From Promethearchaeota archaeon (GTDB taxonomy: Archaea; Asgardarchaeota; Hermodarchaeia; Hermodarchaeales; Hermodarchaeaceae), in NCBI GenBank assembly GCA_048939245.1, contig JBHLPR010000013.1, forward strand, positions 1-45,153: a stretch of 45,153 nucleotides of DNA, written 5' to 3'. The notes under the pieces are model-generated. The model ran no database searches, was not told the DNA's origin, and worked only from the letters and a program-made list of their open reading frames with translations. Every line of letters begins with the position of its first letter. Positions within the stretch are counted from its first letter, which is position 1. Shown piece after piece: positions 19,646 through 29,084 of this stretch. Both the position numbers and the translations under genes were made by a program.

Positions 19646-20944
19646 TTAAGTCTTTTTCTCTTTTGTGTGGGTGAGTTCGCGGAATGCGACTTTGTAAGTG
19701 GTCTTTGCTTCAGTATTAGCAGGAACATCTTCGGAGAGGATAGCACCCGGTAGCACGATGGAATTAGTCCCAATTTTGACTCCTGGGTGAACTGAAACAT
19801 TAGAACTGAGAATGGTATTATCTCCAATGACCGCACCATATTTGACTCGGGGCACAACCTCGGATTTCCCTTGAATCAGAGAGGATATTGATTCACCAGC
19901 CACGGGGATATTAACGAGTTGGGCACTGGCTCCAATGTCCACATTATGTCCAACGATGCTGTCACCCACAAAACATAGACGCCCGATTTTTGATTGACCA
20001 TAAATAAGGCTCTCTTTAATTTCCACGCCAAATCCAACGATTACATTGGAACCTAACGCGGTGTATTCCCGGACTAACGCGTTGTTTCCAATATAGGTGT
20101 TAGGCCCGATATAGGTGGGTCCTCGAATGGTTGTGTGCGGACGGATTAGGACACCTTCTGAGATGTGAACGGACCCTTCGATGCGACTGGGTTGTTGGAC
20201 TTCGGCTGATGCTGCAATGAAAGAGCCTTTACCGGTGAGCACCTTATCGAGGACAAACCGATTCGCTCGGATGAGATCCCAGGGGTATGAGATTTCAACC
20301 CAATCTCGTTCCCATACGGAACCAAAAACCTCTTTGCCATTTTTGATTAGTTGCTGAAAAGTTGCAGTCAAGTCCTTTGTTTGTTCTAGTAAATCAAAGA
20401 GATTTGATTGAACCACATAGATTCCAGCTACAGCATACCGGCTTTGAATTTCTGAAGGTTGGGGTTTTTCTACCAATTGCTTGATTCGAGCTCGCTCATC
20501 GATTACTGCAATACCATAAAATTGTGGAGTGTTAGTTAGAGTTAGGCTAACAACTGCTTCGGCACCAAGATCCTTGAAATGCCTCTGGGCGCGTCGAAAC
20601 ATTGTTGGTTCGCCGAGAATATCCGCATTAACAATAAAGAAGGCATCTTCACCTTCTAACTCATCTTTTGCCACAAGAATTGAATCGGCAACACTTCGAT
20701 GTTTTTCCTGCACAGCGTATTCGATTTTAACTCCGAAGCTATGACCGCGACCCAGAAAATCACGTATTTGATCTCCCCGATATCCGATAGATACTACGAT
20801 GTCACGAATCCCCGCCGCACGCATATCTTCGATGATCCATTGGATAACTGGTTTTCCACCGATGTTGAGCAATGGTTTGGGACATGTGTCAACGAGTGGC
20901 CACATGCGTTTACTTTCACTACCTGCCAAAAGGAGCGCACGCAT
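19646..20944 (-). CDS. Archaeal GlmU-like sugar-phosphate nucleotidyltransferase plus LbH domain (degenerate NTase motifs)
   Basis: PKPLL, YG...LVEKP, AGIY, PWDL, hexapeptide repeats, K.GAVIGD. Confidence 0.82.
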   Translation of the reverse strand: MRALLLAGSESKRMWPLVDTCPKPLLNIGGKPVIQWIIEDMRAAGIRDIVVSIGYRGDQIRDFLGRGHSFGVKIEYAVQEKHRSVADSILVAKDELEGEDAFFIVNADILGEPTMFRRAQRHFKDLGAEAVVSLTLTNTPQFYGIAVIDERARIKQLVEKPQPSEIQSRYAVAGIYVVQSNLFDLLEQTKDLTATFQQLIKNGKEVFGSVWERDWVEISYPWDLIRANRFVLDKVLTGKGSFIAASAEVQQPSRIEGSVHISEGVLIRPHTTIRGPTYIGPNTYIGNNALVREYTALGSNVIVGFGVEIKESLIYGQSKIGRLCFVGDSIVGHNVDIGASAQLVNIPVAGESISSLIQGKSEVVPRVKYGAVIGDNTILSSNVSVHPGVKIGTNSIVLPGAILSEDVPANTEAKTTYKVAFRELTHTKEKKT

Positions 20945-20989
20945 TGTTATTAACCCCTATTCCTAGGTGATTGCGGCTAAGCCAGTTCA

Positions 20990-22270
20990 TTAATCTTTTT
21001 CCTTTCGAACCCGTGGTAGAATCTCTACCCCAAACTTATTTTCAACTGTGTGACTTGTCCCTCCTGGACCCTGATATTCACAGGATATTACCCCTTCGTG
21101 AGTACCGGCTTTTGTCGCAATAAGAAAAAGGGGGAATTGAACATTTTGCTGTGCGGGGAGGCTAATAATCCGTTTTTCGAGAGTTCCGGTTTGTAGGAGG
21201 AGACTCGGCGGCAAGGCTATTTTGATATTGACATCCGCCGCATCGCCATGACTGTCGTTTTCAACACGAAGGATTAGTTCGAATTCTTCTTGGGAATGAG
21301 GAGAGGCGACCGGTTCAGTGATAATAGTAAGTCGGGGTTTAGCAGCGGTGATTTCTAATTGGAATGGATTGGATTTGAATTGAAATTGCTGTTTATCGAT
21401 TTGGAAGACAGCGATGAATGGTCCAACATCAAAAGTACCGGGAAGACGTGGTTCTAACGTGAAGAGAATTTTGAATTTTTTCTTCGATTCACGAGGAATA
21501 TTGAATTCTTGGAGGAGCGCGATATTCGATGGAAGGAAGATTTGGATATCAAGGAATCGGGCGGGAACGGAAAAAGTAACCGCGATATGCCCAATAATTT
21601 GTTCTTTGATTTTGACTTCTTCCTTGTCTAAGGTTAGCTTCAATGTTGCAGATTCTGTAATTTGATAGAGTGTAAGTAGAGTTGAAATCAGTTGGTTGAC
21701 TGTTTCAGATTCATCAAACTTTGTGGGAATTTGAAAATCTTTAGGAACTGAGTCTCCTTCGATGAAGCGGTGCACAAGAAGGGAGGCAACATCATATACA
21801 GCTGTCTTAATTTTTTTCACTCCGACGCGTTTTTCGAGTTTAAATGCCTCGCGATATGTCTGTTTTGATTTCGCCAGATCATTGGCAGCTAAGAGCAGAA
21901 TGGTTTGAAGGGAGTAGGTTCGAATTAATAGCCTGTCATTTTTATTCCTTGTCCCGATACGGGCTACCTGGTCTAAAGCTGACGAGGCAGCAGTAAAATC
22001 CTGGTTGGCAGTTGCGGAATCCACGGCATCAAATAGGATGGCAGTTTCACGTTTATCGTCTTGTACCGCTAGATAGAATTGAGCTGCTTGTAAAAAGGCT
22101 TCATAGGCTCGTCTATAATCTGGAATTTTGTTATAATTGTGTCCAGCTGCAGACCATTCATCGGCAGCTTTACTTTCGTCTCCCTCTGCTTGATATCTGT
22201 GTGCACGTTTCTCATGTTTAGCCGCTGATTTGACCGGATCTCCACCGAAGAGGCCTTTTAGAAAGGACAT
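20990..22270 (-). CDS. Alpha-SNAP-like TPR solenoid fused to two Ig-like domains
   Basis: MSFLKGLFGG...WSAAG...AFLQAAQFYL helical repeats, C-terminal beta sandwiches (LRVEN...A.DV.I...LP...F.L.A.KAGTH). Confidence 0.65.
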   Translation of the reverse strand: MSFLKGLFGGDPVKSAAKHEKRAHRYQAEGDESKAADEWSAAGHNYNKIPDYRRAYEAFLQAAQFYLAVQDDKRETAILFDAVDSATANQDFTAASSALDQVARIGTRNKNDRLLIRTYSLQTILLLAANDLAKSKQTYREAFKLEKRVGVKKIKTAVYDVASLLVHRFIEGDSVPKDFQIPTKFDESETVNQLISTLLTLYQITESATLKLTLDKEEVKIKEQIIGHIAVTFSVPARFLDIQIFLPSNIALLQEFNIPRESKKKFKILFTLEPRLPGTFDVGPFIAVFQIDKQQFQFKSNPFQLEITAAKPRLTIITEPVASPHSQEEFELILRVENDSHGDAADVNIKIALPPSLLLQTGTLEKRIISLPAQQNVQFPLFLIATKAGTHEGVISCEYQGPGGTSHTVENKFGVEILPRVRKEKD

Positions 22271-22344
22271 AATAAGGCACGGTTCCTGTGAACCTGCTAA
22301 AATCTATTTCGGGTATAGCAGGAATTCAGGTAAAAACTGTTTTA

Positions 22345-23715
22345 TTAGGAAAATTTCAACGGGACACCTTGCTTAGGTATCTGCACAGGTATTCGAGAAG
22401 CTTTGATGAACTTTTGGAAGAGATCGGGTGCTTCGGTATGAATAGGCACCACCCGCTTGGGCTGTATCTCCTCTAAGGTTTGACATAGCTGGAGGGGATG
22501 TATATGACCTGAACAGTGAGCCGAATACATGGCAAGTCCCGAGAGTGCCAACCAATTGAGAAGTTTTTCAAAACTGATTTCACTCTCTTCGTTAAAGGGC
22601 TCAGAAGCGCTGAGGAGATAAATACCGGATTCAGGGGGCTTGACTCGCTGGATGGCACTAATACTGGCAAAACTGCTGCAGAACACATAACGTTTAGGAT
22701 TTTTTTGAATATCTTTTGCTTTAACACTACGCTCAGCAAGCCCTTTTATCGGTGGATCGACTTCGTGGAGTAGTTTTTCGTGTTTTGATATTCGTTTTTT
22801 CTCTGCATCAAACCAGCGGATTGCATCATCTTTTGCGATGCTGGGGGTTTTGAGACCGTGACATTTATTGATGGCATGAAGAATCCACATCCTTCGTGGT
22901 TCAATGACTAGCTCCCTGTCGTTTTTCTGCGCAGCAGATTTCATAGTTCGAAACCGGTCAAAATCTGGTTCAGAAAAGTCTGCAATTGTTAAGCTTTTGC
23001 ACCCCTGAATTATTGTGGTGGATTTTTCGAGTACTTCTTGCTCTGAGGATAATTCGGCTTTGGCGATGTTAGTCCCTTCGCTAAGGACAACATCTGGCTT
23101 TCCAGCTTTTTGGATGGCTTCTACGAAGTCTTTAGTAAGTTGTGGGGCTGTTCCGTGGCGACGGAAATCTCCGGTATAGACGATGGTGGCTTCAGAACAG
23201 TGAATGATGAACCCATAAGCTGCAGGGATGCTATGGTCAACATGTATTGGTTTAACCTCTACGTTCCCGATTTTGATACGATCCCCCGTCCGGAAGGTCC
23301 TAATTGTTTGGTCTTCGATGTCCGTGTCAAAGGTTTTTCGTGAGCCCTGCAATCGAGCTTCAAAGATGATACGTGTGCATTCACCCATATGGAGTGGAAT
23401 GCTTCGATTTAGCAGGGGGAGATATCCACTATGATCCGTGTGAGCATGCGAGAGGAGTACTGCATCGATATCTGAGGGGGTTTGATCAGTTTCTCTATTT
23501 TGGTGATAGAGGTTGGGAATATCCGGGGTTGCACCCACTTTGATTAATTCTTCAAGAGAGTGGGGGGTGACTGGAAAATCATAGTACTCACGCATCGTTT
23601 CGAAAGATTTCCCGAAGTCAAGAAAGAACTTAACTTCATGACCTTGATCTTCAATGAGGATTTTATTCGCGCCGATTTCTCCTGCGCCACCATATATAGT
23701 TATGATTACAGACAC
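22345..23715 (-). CDS. MBL-fold/beta-CASP nuclease, RNase J-like
   Basis: GGAGEIGAN, LDFG, SHAHTDH, VDHSIP, YTGDFR, EGT, HCSGH, PIHTE. Confidence 0.88.
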   Translation of the reverse strand: MSVIITIYGGAGEIGANKILIEDQGHEVKFFLDFGKSFETMREYYDFPVTPHSLEELIKVGATPDIPNLYHQNRETDQTPSDIDAVLLSHAHTDHSGYLPLLNRSIPLHMGECTRIIFEARLQGSRKTFDTDIEDQTIRTFRTGDRIKIGNVEVKPIHVDHSIPAAYGFIIHCSEATIVYTGDFRRHGTAPQLTKDFVEAIQKAGKPDVVLSEGTNIAKAELSSEQEVLEKSTTIIQGCKSLTIADFSEPDFDRFRTMKSAAQKNDRELVIEPRRMWILHAINKCHGLKTPSIAKDDAIRWFDAEKKRISKHEKLLHEVDPPIKGLAERSVKAKDIQKNPKRYVFCSSFASISAIQRVKPPESGIYLLSASEPFNEESEISFEKLLNWLALSGLAMYSAHCSGHIHPLQLCQTLEEIQPKRVVPIHTEAPDLFQKFIKASRIPVQIPKQGVPLKFS

Positions 23716-23735
23716 TTGTTTATTCCACCGCAGTT

Positions 23736-24194
23736 TTATTGGCGTTTAATTCGTCGAATCTTGGGGACAAAGCTCCGGAGTTTCCCGTTAGAGAGACTTC
23801 CACAGCCAAGGATTGTCTCGTTGTGTATGACAATTACATATCCCCTTTGTTCGTCTTCATAATTAACCGATTCGCCTTGTAACCAGACTTTCGCCTGTTC
23901 ATCGCTTAGCTTAACAATTTGTTTTGTCGCATAGGGTCCAAGAATGTGGGCGCCATCCATTGATAAACGAAAAGTAGTAGGAGAGTATTCGCCCACATAG
24001 AGTCCAGTTGTCCCAGTATAGGGAAGCTTATCAAGCGTGTTGAATGCCATTTCACTGATAAGACGAATGCGTTTACGCCCTGATTTAAGGAATCGGTATC
24101 CAGGGATCCGGGGAATTCCAAATTGGTTAAAGAGATGTTGCCAAACATAGGCCTCCCTTTGGGGGTCAATGGTTAAGGATTTACTTTGAGACAT
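23736..24194 (-). CDS. NIP7/RsmF-C-like PUA-domain partner of RNA m5C methyltransferase
   Basis: GLYVG...RLSMDGA...WLQGE...GYVIV...LGCG...SFVPK. TAATG overlap with the upstream gene. Confidence 0.78.
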   Translation of the reverse strand: MSQSKSLTIDPQREAYVWQHLFNQFGIPRIPGYRFLKSGRKRIRLISEMAFNTLDKLPYTGTTGLYVGEYSPTTFRLSMDGAHILGPYATKQIVKLSDEQAKVWLQGESVNYEDEQRGYVIVIHNETILGCGSLSNGKLRSFVPKIRRIKRQ

Positions 24195-25135
24195 TATGCT
24201 TGTTTCCGAATAAGAGCGATGAAGAAGCCGTCAGTATCATTATCGTGTGGGTAGATTCTAAGACAATCTGTGAGGGCTTCTTGATAAGGAGTATCATTCC
24301 ATTGAGTTATGCCTTGATGGCTTTGCAGGTTGCTGATTTGAGGGCGTTCGAGTGAGGCATCTGAGGAATTTTTAAGGAGATGATGGACAACCGCCTCGTT
24401 TTCTTCAGGATGCAGACTACAGGTGGAATAGACCAGTACTCCGGTGGGTTTGAGTAGGCGAAAGGCAGCGGTAAGCAGACCCTTTTGTACTGTTTGAATC
24501 CCAAGAATTCGCTTAGGATTTGGGACCTTGAATTGTGGCGATTTACTGCGCAGATGTCCCGAAGCGGTGCACGGAACATCGACGAGAATTCGATCACATT
24601 GTAGAGGGAGGCGAGTTGAAAGATGACGACCATCCTGCCGTAAGGTGATTGTGTTTATAACTCCGCATACTTGGATATTATGTCCCAAGCTGGTAAGGCG
24701 GCGAAACGAACGGTCATTTGCGATGATAGCGCCTTCATTACTCATCATTTGGGCAATTTGCGTAGTTTTGGAACCCGGCGCTGCACATAGATCAAGAACC
24801 AAATCTGTGGGTTGAGGGTCGAGAATGACAGGAGGAATCATGCTTCCTCCTTCTTGGACATAGTACCATCCAAGAGCGTATTCTTTTGTGAAGGGTAGCT
24901 GCTCAACAGCGCCAGTGATTCGAAAGCCAGCAGGATACCAAGGAACAGGCGAGGTTTTGATATCAAGAAAATTCAGGTGTTTTATACCTGATTTGAGGTC
25001 TGTTTTGAGGGTGTTTATCCGAACGAAATGGACTGGCGCTTGAAAGATACTTTCAATAAAGTGTGAATATTCTTTTCCAAGGAGTTTTTGGAAACGTTGC
25101 TGGAATGCAGAGGGAAGGGATTCAACGTCTTTCAT
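24194..25135 (-). CDS. RsmB/NOP2/NOL1 RNA cytosine-C5 methyltransferase
   Basis: RINTLK, YVQE, DLCAAPGSKT, DVPCT, YSTCS..PEENE, DGFFIA. Confidence 0.93.
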   Translation of the reverse strand: MKDVESLPSAFQQRFQKLLGKEYSHFIESIFQAPVHFVRINTLKTDLKSGIKHLNFLDIKTSPVPWYPAGFRITGAVEQLPFTKEYALGWYYVQEGGSMIPPVILDPQPTDLVLDLCAAPGSKTTQIAQMMSNEGAIIANDRSFRRLTSLGHNIQVCGVINTITLRQDGRHLSTRLPLQCDRILVDVPCTASGHLRSKSPQFKVPNPKRILGIQTVQKGLLTAAFRLLKPTGVLVYSTCSLHPEENEAVVHHLLKNSSDASLERPQISNLQSHQGITQWNDTPYQEALTDCLRIYPHDNDTDGFFIALIRKQA

Positions 25136-25376
25136 TCTCTTTAGCGCTTCCTGAGCTAATGGACTGAATTACTGGAAAGAGCAAAGGTGTGGCTCCGTCT
25201 TGACTGAACCCACTTTCCTCGCAACTCCAAAACGGAGGACTCGGTGGGTTTAAGATAGCCTTGAAGACAGAGCCATGTATGCTTTATCATTCGGGCTTGA
25301 AAAAAGCTCCCGTAACGTAACAAGTGCAACCTTTTTTAACAGCAAGAGCGAATCTGCTCTAACCGAGGGACACACA

Positions 25377-26324
25377 ATGGTGAGCCTAAAATCTTATGAG
25401 AAAATCCGTAAAGCTCTTGAAAAAATTGGGTTACCAGGACAAGATGCTTATGATTTGCCAACAAGCGATAAACGTTTTCCAGATGGAGCCGGATATCGCA
25501 TCGAAATTTCTGGTGTTGAACGCCCTGAGATCTTAGAAGTGTTAATTGATGAATCTGATAAACGGGATGTGCCTGTTCATCGTCTAATCAGTGTAGTGAT
25601 GGGAGCTACACTCCTGGATGACAAAGAACTCAAGAAATTTGCCCAACTCGCACATGATGCACAAATGGAAGTCATCTTAACACCTGGTCCCCGAACTAGT
25701 TGGGATATCGGTCGACAACTTGTTACCTCCGATGGAATCATATCGGGTATGCGATTTCGGGGTGCTGACAAATTGGTAGAAGTCATTTCGGATATCAAAC
25801 GTGGTATCGAATTGGGTTTTCGGGGGTTTTTGGTTATTGATGAGGGGCTTCTATGGGCTCTAAACAAACTGAAGGAGATAGGAGAAATTCCCAAGGATAT
25901 CACCTTCAAAGTGAGCATTTTTGCTGGCCATGCATCACCCGCTGGAGGAAAACTACTCGAACAACTCGGAGCAGGAAGTTTTAATCCCGTCGCAGACATG
26001 ACCATACCTCAACTCGCAGCCATCCGTCAAGCCACTAATTTCCCAATTGACATTCATATCATGTTGATGCCAAGCTTTGGAGGCTTTAACCGATTTTATG
26101 AAGCCGCAGAAATCACACGATGCGTCCAACCAGTGTATTATAAGTTTGAACCCGGACCTAGCATGGCCTTGTATTCACCCTGGTCTTCCATTGATGGACT
26201 CAAATTTCTAGCCCGTGAAAAGGTCAAATGGGCTGAAATTGTTCGAAATCTCATCCAAGATAATTATCCGGAAGCTAAACTCTCGAAACTAGGAGCTAAG
26301 GATCTCGCTATCCCTCAACCATAG
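25377..26324 (+). CDS. Uncharacterised TIM-barrel protein (U32-peptidase-like family)
   Basis: LPTSDKRFPDGA.YRIEI, GPR.SWDIG, GFRGFLVIDEGLL, FKVS, GA.SFNP. ATG 25377 follows GAGG. Family call from memory. Confidence 0.55.
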   Translation: MVSLKSYEKIRKALEKIGLPGQDAYDLPTSDKRFPDGAGYRIEISGVERPEILEVLIDESDKRDVPVHRLISVVMGATLLDDKELKKFAQLAHDAQMEVILTPGPRTSWDIGRQLVTSDGIISGMRFRGADKLVEVISDIKRGIELGFRGFLVIDEGLLWALNKLKEIGEIPKDITFKVSIFAGHASPAGGKLLEQLGAGSFNPVADMTIPQLAAIRQATNFPIDIHIMLMPSFGGFNRFYEAAEITRCVQPVYYKFEPGPSMALYSPWSSIDGLKFLAREKVKWAEIVRNLIQDNYPEAKLSKLGAKDLAIPQP

Positions 26325-26348
26325 ATAACGATTAAGGAGAGTTGAGTA

Positions 26349-27833
26349 ATGAGGTTTAAACCAAGTGGCGTAAATCCAGCACTCATTACGCCATTTACCA
26401 AAAATGAATCTAAAGTGGATGAACCGGCTTTTCGTAAGCTGATTCGACATTGCATTGATGATCTTGGAGTCACTGGATTGGTCCCTGCGGGTACCACCGG
26501 TGAATTCACCAGTTTGAATATCCAGGAACACAAGCAGGTTATGAAAATTGCCATTGAAGAAGCAGCGGGTAAAGTGCCTGTGATTGCAGGTGCAGGTGCC
26601 AGTAGTACTAAAACAACTTTGGAGCTTGTAGAATATGCCAAAAAAGCCGGTGCAGCTGCATGTCTTGTTGTCACTCCATACTATATGCGTCCGACCCTCC
26701 GAGGTTTATATGAACATTATCGGCGGTTAAATGACATAGGACAGCCAATTATCCTCTATAATATCCCCCAATGCACGGGATTGGATATACCGTGGCAAAT
26801 CGTTGAGGATCTCGCTGATTTAGATAATATCGTTGGTATCAAGGATTCCAGTGGGCAACTTAAACTGATTCTAGCGGTCTTGGAAAAGGTTGGGTCTAAA
26901 ATCAACGTGTTAGTCGGCCACGACGAAGTGGTCTTTCCAGCTTTTGCTTCGGGGTGCTCTGGAGCAATACTGGCTAGCGCACAACTAATCGGCGATATTT
27001 GGCTTGATATGCTCAAAAAAGTCCAAGCCAAGAAATTCGACGAAGCAAGAGCTATGCAATTGAAGGTTCAAAAACTCACGCGACTCATTGTGGGATCAGG
27101 TGCAGCAGGAACAAAAGCAGGGTTAAACATGATGGGAATTTCGGTAGGTAAACCACGTCTTCCACTAACTTATGGCGGCGTGCTTACTTACGAGAATCGT
27201 GAAGAAATTCGCATCGAACTTGAAAAACTGGGCAAAATCAAAGGCAAGGCTGTGACCGTTGAGGTGGAGCCCAAACAACCCCTTGAAGCCCGTTTTGGGG
27301 TCTTTGGGTTTACACCGGAGCATGTGAAAGACTTCTCGCTTAAAGTTGGAGAAGGACTCGCAGGTGGCGGCGCTGAAGTTGCGCATATTGACTTGATGAT
27401 TGGACGTAAGGATGGCCCTGTTGGTTTCGCTTTTGCACAAGCAAAGGCTGCACCGAAGGAACGGATGGAGCCACTTCTTGCGATTCTAGAGCCCAATTTG
27501 ATGGTGAAGCCTGAAACGCTTCTAGTTCCTACAGTTGCTAATCGGAGTATGCATCAGGCTAGCCTGTTCGGAGGACCCGCTCAAACAGGTTGCGCGAAAG
27601 CTGTTGTAGATTCAGTTGAAGAAGGCATTATTCCTAAAGCCGTAGCTGACAAATTAGTTATTGTAGCAACGGTATTTGTCCATCCCACGGCAGTGGATCG
27701 TAAACGGCTCCTCATCAACAATTACAAAGCAATGCGACATGCAATCCGTCGAGCAATCGAGGGACGACCGAGTATCAAAGAACTACTTGCTGATAAAGAA
27801 TTTGCGAAACATCCATTCCGCTGGGGTCCTTAA
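26349..27833 (+). CDS. DapA/NAL-family class I aldolase fused to formaldehyde-activating enzyme (Fae)
   Basis: N-terminal: ALITPF, GTTGE, TPYY, YNIP, GIKDSSG. C-terminal: VGEGL.G.GAEVAHIDLMIG, PNLMVKP, GPAQ...AKAV.DSV.EGIIP, VFVHP, NY.A...AI.RA, HPF. Confidence 0.9.
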   Translation: MRFKPSGVNPALITPFTKNESKVDEPAFRKLIRHCIDDLGVTGLVPAGTTGEFTSLNIQEHKQVMKIAIEEAAGKVPVIAGAGASSTKTTLELVEYAKKAGAAACLVVTPYYMRPTLRGLYEHYRRLNDIGQPIILYNIPQCTGLDIPWQIVEDLADLDNIVGIKDSSGQLKLILAVLEKVGSKINVLVGHDEVVFPAFASGCSGAILASAQLIGDIWLDMLKKVQAKKFDEARAMQLKVQKLTRLIVGSGAAGTKAGLNMMGISVGKPRLPLTYGGVLTYENREEIRIELEKLGKIKGKAVTVEVEPKQPLEARFGVFGFTPEHVKDFSLKVGEGLAGGGAEVAHIDLMIGRKDGPVGFAFAQAKAAPKERMEPLLAILEPNLMVKPETLLVPTVANRSMHQASLFGGPAQTGCAKAVVDSVEEGIIPKAVADKLVIVATVFVHPTAVDRKRLLINNYKAMRHAIRRAIEGRPSIKELLADKEFAKHPFRWGP

Positions 27834-27988
27834 GCCAACTAGTTACTGTATGAGTCAAAGACTTCTCAACCTCAATTCGTTTCCGTCTATAATGATGAAG
27901 GCAGGATGCATCATTATTAGTGAAGGCAATATCAGGTAGTTTTTACAAAAAGTAATAAAAACCACAAATGGGAGCTTTAAGGAATTTG

Positions 27989-28972
27989 TTAGAGGATAGA
28001 TTTGATATTCCCAAGGAATAGGGCAAGAAAGAGGGCAGCTGAAAGTAAGTCAGCGGTGGTTCCTGGATTCAGTTGAGAACCCTGTTTACGGAGGTAGTCG
28101 TCGAAGGGTTCAGTCTGTGTAGCCCAGCTCGTTTCTGGCAGCTTCATAATTCTGGCATACACTTTCTGGGCGCGTTGCATGACATCTTGAGCAACCTCGA
28201 CGCCATTTTTCCGTTGGATAAAGGAGTCGGGGCGATTACTAAGCGCCCAAAGATAGGAAGCAAGAACAGCATCTTCGGTACGTGAATGCTGATTCAGCGC
28301 TTTGATCACTTGGGGGTAGAGCGTATCGAAGGTGTATGCAAAGTTCGTAGTATATTCAGAGGCAATAGAATCGTAGCTTGCGGCTAAAGCTTGTAAGTCA
28401 CAGAGTGAATATTTCTCGCGACGAATCAACTGAATAGTATGAGGTGACTGGAAATCAAAAGCCTGAGATGGTGGTTTCCATTCCGCTGTTTTGGGAATAG
28501 CGCCACCGGGACTAGCCACCTGTAGGGCGTGAATAAGTTCAATGGCATCTTCAACACTAGTATTTGCTAGAATCCGTTTGAGGTTCTGCTGGAGCGTGGT
28601 CCTCGTTGATCGAGGACGGGTAATTTCGTGTCCCGCTGCTGCAGTGAGTGGGACAAGAAGTAAAATTGTGCCCAGTAAGGTATTCTTTCCATGGGGCTCC
28701 ATTGAGGCCTGGACTGCGAGTCGGATGAGTTTCCCAATATGTGAGGGGGCATAATCTGCTGTACTAAATTCATAGCCCCACTTCGCACTTTGATGAAGGG
28801 GATATCCTAAGCTGTTGATACTAGCAACAAAATGGATAAATCGAGTATCAGGGTGATCCTTGTACCGATGCACATTGCCGGGTTTGGGAGTAAGAATGTC
28901 TAAGAACATGGCAAATTGTGCCTTCTCTGAAATGTCACACAGTTGCTCCTCAACCTTAACTCCCTGAACCAT
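27989..28972 (-). CDS. citG: Archaeal CitG-family triphosphoribosyl-dephospho-CoA synthase-like protein
   Basis: PKPGNVHR, NT.LG..LL..PL, PDSFI.RK.G, LNPGTTADL. Confidence 0.85.
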   Translation of the reverse strand: MVQGVKVEEQLCDISEKAQFAMFLDILTPKPGNVHRYKDHPDTRFIHFVASINSLGYPLHQSAKWGYEFSTADYAPSHIGKLIRLAVQASMEPHGKNTLLGTILLLVPLTAAAGHEITRPRSTRTTLQQNLKRILANTSVEDAIELIHALQVASPGGAIPKTAEWKPPSQAFDFQSPHTIQLIRREKYSLCDLQALAASYDSIASEYTTNFAYTFDTLYPQVIKALNQHSRTEDAVLASYLWALSNRPDSFIQRKNGVEVAQDVMQRAQKVYARIMKLPETSWATQTEPFDDYLRKQGSQLNPGTTADLLSAALFLALFLGNIKSIL

Positions 28973-29084
28973 TTGGGGATATCACCTGTTATGAGAAAAG
29001 GGGCATTTTATTAGTATAAGATATTTGGTTGAAGCCTCGAACACCCTGAAGCTTTTTCTCTCCCCTTTTCGATAGATTTCTGTC

